From Cyanophora paradoxa CCMP329 (Eukaryota > Plantae > Glaucophyta): a stretch of DNA of 64,000 nucleotides. How positions within the stretch are numbered: position 1 is the stretch's first letter; each line of letters opens with the position of its first letter. The notes under the pieces were generated by a model. The model was not told the origin of the DNA. It searched no databases and saw only the letters and a program-made list of their open reading frames with translations. Below are positions 56,694 through 64,000 of this stretch, in pieces. A program made the translations under genes and the position numbers. The stretch is taken from NCBI GenBank assembly GCA_004431415.1, contig QPMI01000176.1, positions 114,910-178,909 of the forward strand. Direction: 5' to 3'.

Positions 56694-59600
56694 TCAGCGG
56701 TCGTGGGGGAGGAAGACGACGTTGCGGAGTGCGCTCTCGCGGCCCCCGAAGGGCCCCTCCTCGTCGGCCCCCGCCCACAGCGGCGCGAGCGGCCCGCTCC
56801 GCTCGTGCAGCGCCTCCGAAGAGGCCGGGAGGGACGGGGCCGACTTCAGGCGCGGCCGCCCCCCGGGGCCGGGGCCCGCGGCGGCCGACGCCGCCGACCC
56901 GGAAGAGGCCTCGGAGGAAGGGACGGGGGGCGGCGCCGGCCCCCGCGGCGCCGGCCGCTCCCGCGGGACGGATCGCGAGCGGGCGCGGGGCAGGCCGGCA
57001 GGCGGGGGCGGGCCTTTGCCGCCTCGGCGGCGCCGGCGCCCCGTTTGTGGTTCGAGGCGCCCTTGCGGGGGATGAAGGCCGTAGGAAAGCTCAGCGTGAT
57101 GGGCCCGCCCCCCGTCTCGCCCTCCCTCTCGAGGTCGTCGAGGGTCTCGACGGCCTTGAGGCCGTGCCGCCGCCGCAGGTACCGCCGCGCCAGCACGTAC
57201 GCGACGAAGAGGTACCCCACCGCCGCCACCGCCGCCGCGCTGCAGCCGCCGGCCCGTCAGCGGCGCCGCGCGGGCGCGCGGGCGGGCGGGGCGGGCGGGG
57301 CGGGCCTGAGGGAGGCGAGGTTGGCGAGCATGTCGAGGACGCTGTCCTTGGTGGCGCGGCGGACGAGGTAGTAGACCTGGGCCACCTCGAAGGCCGCCAC
57401 GAACGCCACCCGCTCCTCCTCGCACCGCTCCAGCGCCCGCCCGGCGGGCACACCGTCTGCCCCGCCCCGCGTCGGAGGCGCGGCGCGGGGCGCGGGGCCG
57501 GGGGTGGGCCAAGGGGCGCACGAAGGTGGTGGCGTCGCGCTCGGCGGGGCGGTTGTCGGCGGAGGAGACGGCGACCGAGTAGCGCGGCCGCCCGTCCCGC
57601 TCGCTCGTGAAGTGCGTCCCTGCCGCCGCCGAGCGTGCTCGCCCGGCGGTGCGGTGCGGGCCGGGCAGGGCGGGGGCGGGGGCACCGATGAGGGAGACGG
57701 GGAGGGTGACGGGGAGGGGGCCCCGGAAGACGGCCTCGCGGCGGCTCGTGGCGACGCTGCCCCGCGCCGAGACCCACTGCGGCAGCTGCGCGCGCGGCTC
57801 GCGGCGAGCCTTGCAGGGGCGGGGCGGGCGGGGCGGGGCGGGGCGGGCCTGGAGGAGAAGTCGGCGGCGAAGGCGAGGGCGAGGCGGGCCCGCAGCGCGA
57901 AGGCCACCGTCACGTTGAACGTCGAGACCACCCTGCCCCGCCCGTCAGCGCCCCGGCGGCGTGGCAGCGGCGCGGGCTGGCTGGCGCGCCGGCAGGCGGT
58001 GCACTCCCACGTGACGCTGCGCGCGGGGCGGTCGGCGGCCGGCGCGGTCGGCGGGTGGGGGCGCGCGGGGCGGGGCCGCACTTGCAGGAGAGGCCGCCGT
58101 CCTGGCGGCGGCGCTGGCGGCGACCGTCCCCGCGAAGCCGCCGCTCGAGACGAGCACGTCGGCGGCGCCGGCGCCGGGGCTCCCGCGAGGGCGGCCGAGC
58201 AGGGGCCGCTGTAGCCGGGGAAGGAGGCGGAGACGGCGAAGCGGCCGGCGATCTCCGAGGCCGACGGCGAGGCCCCCGGGTTGAGCGACCTGCGGGGCGC
58301 CTCGGGCGGCGCCGCAGGGGCCGGCCGGCGGCGCGGCGCACTGGATGATCTGGTAGTTCGCGACGGCTGCGGGCGGGCGCGCTGTCAGGCGCGGCCCCAC
58401 GCGGGCCCGCCCGCCGGGCGCTGCGGGGCGCACCGAACTGAACGATGACGAAGGAGACGGCGACGGCGACGAGGGCGGCGGCGAGCGCCGAGAAGACCGA
58501 CCCCGAGACCGTCCGCCCCTTCCACGGGTCCCCCTTCGCCACCCCCGCGTCGCTCCCGTTGTCGTTCAGGCTCTGCGCCCCGCCTCCGTCGGCCCGGGGC
58601 GGGGCGAGAGGGGGAGAGCAGAGAGCACGCGCACGGTCGGCTCGCGCTCGCGGAAGAGCACGTGCAGCCGCATGACCTGAGGCGGGCTCAGGGGCGGAGG
58701 GGGGAGGAGGGGGGCGGGCGCGCCCGCTTGTAGCGCTCGCGGCGGGCGTCGAGGCGGCCGCTGAGGCAGCGGAGGTACACGAAAACGACGATGCCGAAGA
58801 GCAGCATGGCGCCCGTGACGACCGCCGCGATGAGGCCGAACAGCATCAGCATGCGCCCCTGCACGTCTTCTTCCGTTTTGATCTGCATTGCGCGCGTCAC
58901 GGCAGGTCGGCGCACGCGGACCCGGGGGCGGCGGGGTTGCCTCGGGCATTGTGATGACGCCGACGGTGGCGCCGGCGGCGAAGGCGCTGTTTGACAGGTC
59001 GGGCGCCTGCTCGCCGCCCCCGGAGCCCAGCAGCGCCCGACCCGCCGCCCGCAGGCCCTGCAGCCGCCGCCGCCGCGAGGCGGAGCCAACTTCAAGCGAG
59101 GCCGATCGCCGCAGAAGGCTCAGATCCACGGGCCTGGGGCGGGGCGGGGCGGATGAGCGGGGGCCGGCGGGCGGGGGCGCGCGGAGGCGGCGCACGAGGC
59201 GGTGGCGACGGGGCAGAACTGGGCGTCGGAGCAGGGGAGGCACTGGGCCGCCGCGTCCTGCGGCGAGTACGTCCGCGCGGGGCACGCCACGCACGCCGCC
59301 ATCGTCCCGTTCCGGTACGACCCTGCGCAGGGGGGTACCCCGTTCGAGCGCGCCCGGGGCGCGCGCGGCGGGGAGGGGCACCGGCGGTGCAGGGGACGCA
59401 GGCGGTCTGCTCGTCGTTCGACACGTACCCCTCCTGCGGCCGGGGCTCGGAGCCGCGCGGGGGCAGAGCGGGGGCGGGGGCGCGGCACCGCGCAGGTCTG
59501 GCAGGAGGTAGCGGCGGGGGAGGACCAGGAGTTGAGGGGGCAGCGGGCGCAGGATTCGAGGGCCTCGCTGGTGTAGGAGCCGGCGAGGCACGGGACGCAG

Positions 59601-62600
59601 CGCCCGCCCTCCGCGACGTGCCCCGCCGCGCAGGGCGCGCACGCCGCCGCCCCCGCCTCCGGCGCCACGCTCTTCGCCCCGCACGCCGCGCACGCACCGC
59701 CGCCCTCCGCCCGCGCCGTCCCCGGCGGACACACTGCGGGCGGCGGTGGGGGCGCGCGGCATCGCAGAGGGCGCGGGCGGCGGACCGACGCAGCTCTGGC
59801 CGTCGGGCTGCGGCTGGAAGCCGGCGGGGCTGGCGGGGGCGCGTCGGGTCGGGGCGCGGGGGCGGGGGCGGGGCGGGGGCGGACCAGGGGCGGCACTCGG
59901 CGGAGCCGGCGTCCTCGGAGAAGAAGCCCTGCGGGGGGCTCGGGCCCCGCCCGCCCCCGGCCCCGCGGCGCGGGCGCACGGCGGGGCACGGCACGCAGGC
60001 CGAGTCGTTCGCAGACCGGTACGAGCCCTGCGCGCGCGGTGAGCGCCTGCCCCGGCCGGCGGCGGGAGCGGGCGGACCGCGCGGCAGGGGATGCAGCTGC
60101 GGCGGTCGGGGCGGGGAGGGAGCCGGGCGGGCAGGGTCCGCAAGCGGCGGAGCCGGCGACGGGCGCCGCCGAGCCGACCGGGCACTGCGCGCCCCGGCGG
60201 CGTCGGCGCGGGGAGGGGCGCCGGGGGGCGCCGCCCGCACCGTCTCGCAGGCGGTGCCGTTCTCGCCGCGGGCCGTCCCTACCGGGCTGCGCGCCGGCGT
60301 CAGCTCGGGCGGGAAGGGGGCGGGCGGGGGCGGGCGGGCCAGGGGAGGCAGAGCTGGCGGTTGGGGGCGGCGACGGAGCCGGCGGGGCAGGGCTCGCAGG
60401 CGGCGGCGCCTTCGGCGGGGGCGACGGTGTTCTCGGGGCACGGGGCGCAGGCGAAGAGCGAGCCCGGGGGCTGGAAGCTGCCGGCCGCGCAGGGGCGGCA
60501 CGCGCTCCCCTCCTCGTTCGGCACCCGCCCCTCGGGGCACGACGTGCAGTTCGTTGCCCCTGCCCCGCCCCGTCAGCGCGGCACCGGCGCCCTGCCGGGG
60601 GGGTTCCGCACCCCACGAGGAGACCTGGGAGGCGGGGCACCGGGCGCAGACGCTGGCGCCGGGATACGGCAGGTACGTCCCGGGCGAGCCTGGGCCGGAG
60701 TGAGGCGGCGGGGCGGGCCGGTCTGGGGCGGGGCGGGGCGGACAGGTGAGGCAGGGGGAGGACCAGGCGGCGGTCTGCGTGTAAGCGTTCGCGGCGCACG
60801 GCTCGCACGCGCTGCCGCGCGCCAGCGAGAAGCTGTTCTGCGGGCACGCTGCGGGCGGGCGGGCCACCAGCCCGAGGCTCAGCGTCGAGCGCCGGCGCGG
60901 GGCCGGCGGCGCACGGAAGCAGGCGGCGGAGCCCGGGGCGGAGTAGAAGCCGCGCTCGCAGAGGAGGCACTCCGTGCTGCCGGGCTCCGCGTACCGCCCC
61001 GCCGGGCACCTGCCCCCGCCCCCCGCCCGTCGGCGCCCGCCGGGCGGGGCGGGTGCGGCGGGGCGGCGGGGCGCACGGGTCGGCCTCTTCGGGGAGAGGA
61101 GGCCGCCGCGGGCGCTCGCGCGGCCGGCCGGCAGCGGCACGCAGTCCTCGGGGGCCGCCTGCGCCCCGCCCTCAGCGCGGGGCGCCGGGCGGCGGGCGGC
61201 GGGGCGGGCCTGGAAGACGGTCTCGGCGTTGAAGAGGGTGCCGGGGGGGCACTCGGTGAAGACGCGGAGGACGAGCGGGGGCGAGGCGGCCCAGAAGACG
61301 ACGTACGGCGCCTCGGCGAAGGGCGCCGCGGGGTCCCCGCCCTCGTCGAAGTAGACCCCCGCGCTGTAGTCGTCGATCGTGTACGCCCCGCGCATGCCCG
61401 CCGGCAGCCGCGCCAGCACGCGCCGCGCGGGGCCCGGCGCCGGCCCGTCCGCCCCCTCCAGCTTCCAGAGCTCCGCGGAGGGCGCTCGCGCCGCCGCGCC
61501 TGATAAACGCCGCTCCGGCTGAGGGGAAACGTAGTCTTCTCGGGGGTCCATCTGGATGCGCAGGGTCAAGCGCGGTTCGGAAGACGCGACGAAAATCAGC
61601 CCGCGCACGGAGTGGAACTCTGTGTTGTTCCGCGTGTGCCGCTCGAGGACGACGTAGAGCCGGCCCGCTTTGTACACCGCCGCCGGCACGGAGTACCAGA
61701 GGTCGCGGGAGGGGGCGGCGGCGGCCGGCTCGAGCGGGAGGCGGTCGACGATCTGCGGGGCGGCTGGGGCGCGGCGCGGGGCGGCGGGTGCGGGGCGGGG
61801 CGGGGCGGGGCGGGGCGGGACCTCGCCGGCGAGGCCGCTCTGGAAGCCGCTGGGGCGCCGCAGCCGGACGACCTCGTCGGGGCACACGAAGAAGGAGAAG
61901 GGGCCCGCGCCCTCCGCCCACTTGCACTCCAGCGCCTGCGAGGGACGGCTCGGTTCGGTCCGGCGACGGCGTCTGCAAAGGGCGGAGCGCACGCCGACGC
62001 CGGGGCCCGCGACCGAGGCTCGCTCGTTCTGCACCTGCGGGAGCAGAGAATTCAGCGAGGCTCCTCCTAACTGGTAAAGCAAGTCTCGAAGCTCTGCAGA
62101 GATGCGGTGCGGTGCGCGAGCGCACGATCCAGTTGTCCTGCCAGCGGAGGCGGGAGCGGCGGAGGACGAGCGGCGCCCGCGCCAGCCGCGCCGACTCCTC
62201 CACCACCCTGCGGCCGCGGGCAAGGGTCGCGAGGCCCGCGTCGGTCCGGCTGCCCCACGGCCGAAGAGCCCAAAGGACGCACGAGCACATGTCCATAGAA
62301 GTTCCATCGGAGAGAGAAATCGCGTTGCACTCAGTCTCCAGGAAGACGCTCGGGTCCAGCCCGAACCGCACGTGGAAGCTGCGGCGGGGAGGATCACGGT
62401 CGGCGGCGGAGCCCACTAGTACTGCGCGCATCGGGCACCTGTAGATCGCGAAGACGTGCTCGATCAGGAGGCCCTCGCAGGCGGCAATGTTCTCGCTCGG
62501 GTCGCCATACAGCAGGTAGCAGCTCGGGTCGCCCTGGGTTGGGAAGAGGGGGACGCGGAGGAGAAGATGGTAGGCCACGGGGGCGCCGGCCGCCGCGCGC

Positions 62601-63912
62601 GGGTCGGCAACCGCCGCGAGGGCCGACGCGTGCGGCGGCAGGTGGCTCGCGTACTCCCGTTTGGGGCTGATGCTGGGCCCGCTGTAGCTCTCCGGCGGAG
62701 GCCACGGCTTCGCCCCGGCGGTGTACAAGACGCCGCCGCTGGCGGAGGTGTAGGAGCCGTCGGGGGGCTCGAGGAGCGCCGCGTCGATGGGCAGGTCGGC
62801 GGAGACGTTGAGGGTGCAGAGGCGCGCCCGCGGCACGACCCGCTGGAGCCGCTGCGCGGCGTCGTAGGCGTACATGGACGCGACGTGCGCGACGCCGCGG
62901 TTCCAGAAGGCGAAGAGCTGCGCGCTCATCACCCGCTCCCCGCTGACGTCTTCGGCGCCGCGCACAACCGGCGCGGCATCGGCAACTGCGAGCCGGAATA
63001 GTTACGCGAGGGGCGATCCAGTTCGCCGCGAGGGCGCGAATGACGCACAGGAAGGGCAGGAGAGGGCGCCGGCCGTGTCGAGGGGGTACGCGCTCTGAAG
63101 GACGGGGCTGCCGCCCGGGAAGGGGGTACCGAGCACGGCGTCCGCGTACGTCATGGCCTCCACGGGCACGGAGAAGTGCGACAGGCTGGCCTGAGGCGGT
63201 CCGGGGAAGCGTTCGCCGGCGCGGGTCGCGGCGAACACGTTGGTGAGGGCCGCCACCCAGTGCGCCGCGAACGAGCTGCAGAGAAGAAGAGGCGTTCAGG
63301 CGAGGACACAGGGGAGGGGGGAGGGGGAGTGGGGGAAGGGGAAGGGGAGGTGGGGTAGCGCACTTTTGGTACACGGGACCCTCCTCGCCGACCGTCTGCG
63401 GGGGGGCGTCGGGAAGTGAGATCGATTGCGGGCAGCGGGGGCGGCGGGGGCGGCGGGGGCGGGCCGCGGCGAAGAGGGAGCGCTCCCAGCCGGAGCGGAG
63501 CCAGCGGAGGTCGTGGCCGAAGTCCCGCGCCCACGCCGCGAAGGGCGCCTCCCCGGGCGCCCCGCAGCCGGCGGGGGGGCACGCCGGGTACGCTGCATTC
63601 GCCCACGCGCACGGCCGCCACTCCTTGCAGTTCGCCAGAAGGCACGTGGGGAAGTTCGTCGTCCCGTTGCGCGTGTACCTTGCGGGCAGAGGACCCATCA
63701 GCGCTGCCGCAGAAGGCGCGGGACGCAGGGCACGCACTGACTACGCCAGGGCTCCTCCAGCATGACCGGGTCCATTTTCTGCGACGGGGGCGTCCTCCGC
63801 GGGGGGAAGAAGCAGGGCGGGGCGGGGTACGGGCGGAACCTTCCACCGGTCGTACCCGAGGGCCCCGACGAGCTCGGCGGGGAGGGTCGAGCCCGGGTGG
63901 CCCCCGTCCCAC
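56694..63912 (-). CDS. Large multi-exon membrane protein with GCC2/GCC3 (ephrin-receptor-like) Cys-rich repeats and ~3 TM helices; 5' end uncertain or outside window
   Basis: Repeats CPAGRYAEPGSTECLLCERGFYSAPGSAAC, CEPCAANAYT, CRPCAAGSFQPPGS, CPARTYSPQDAAAQCLPC. TM1 MLMLFGLIAAVVTGAMLLFGIVVFVYL; TM2 VFSALAAALVAVAVSFVIVQF; TM3 AAVAAVGYLFVAYVL. Stop at 56694. Confidence 0.7.
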
Positions 63913-64000
63913 TTCAGCCAGTTCGCGTGCTGCCGCGGGCGAGGCGCGGAGCGAAAAGTCGGCCGGGAGAACGGGATGGGGAGGGAAGAGGAGGGGTTAG

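Noticed and set aside
1-64000. Numerous long Arg/Pro/Gly/Ala-rich ORFs in the six-frame track, including the 1101-aa ORF as a single exon
   Set aside because: Stop-poor shadow frames and intron read-through in very GC-rich DNA; real exons were identified by motif and splice phase instead.

Overview
Eukaryotic nuclear DNA, very GC-rich and intron-dense. Introns are short, about 50-100 nt, with GT and frequent GC donors and a (C/G)GCAG acceptor. This is consistent with a flagellated alga or protist; a glaucophyte such as Cyanophora is a guess only. Most long Arg/Pro/Gly-rich ORFs in the supplied track are shadow frames, so gene models were spliced by hand. Left to right: (1) a partial unknown gene; (2) a SHIPPO/STPG-repeat flagellar protein; (3) a decaying RING-B-box-coiled-coil-MATH (TRIM-like) pseudogene; (4) Rab7; (5) an unknown probable nuclear protein; (6) DNA ligase I, head-to-head with (7) an alpha/beta hydrolase; (8) a Myxococcus-type Cys-rich repeat protein with a Val/Pro-rich tail; (9) MITE-like palindromic DNA; (10) a GAF-domain adenylyl cyclase; (11) two related ~160-bp satellite arrays (24 and 42 units) in inverted orientation around a ~1-kb AT-richer core; (12) a very young gag-only LTR retrotransposon; (13) a large Cys-rich multi-pass membrane protein. 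Three observations are most unusual. First, the LTR element: its primer-binding site has the 13-nt (9/4) geometry of selenocysteine tRNA, and it carries three internal copies of its PPT and three 3' repeats complementary to the PBS. Second, the inverted satellite pair. Third, a pervasive X-revcomp(X)-X micro-insertion signature that fills intergenic DNA with palindromes and can be caught disrupting the TRIM-MATH gene.
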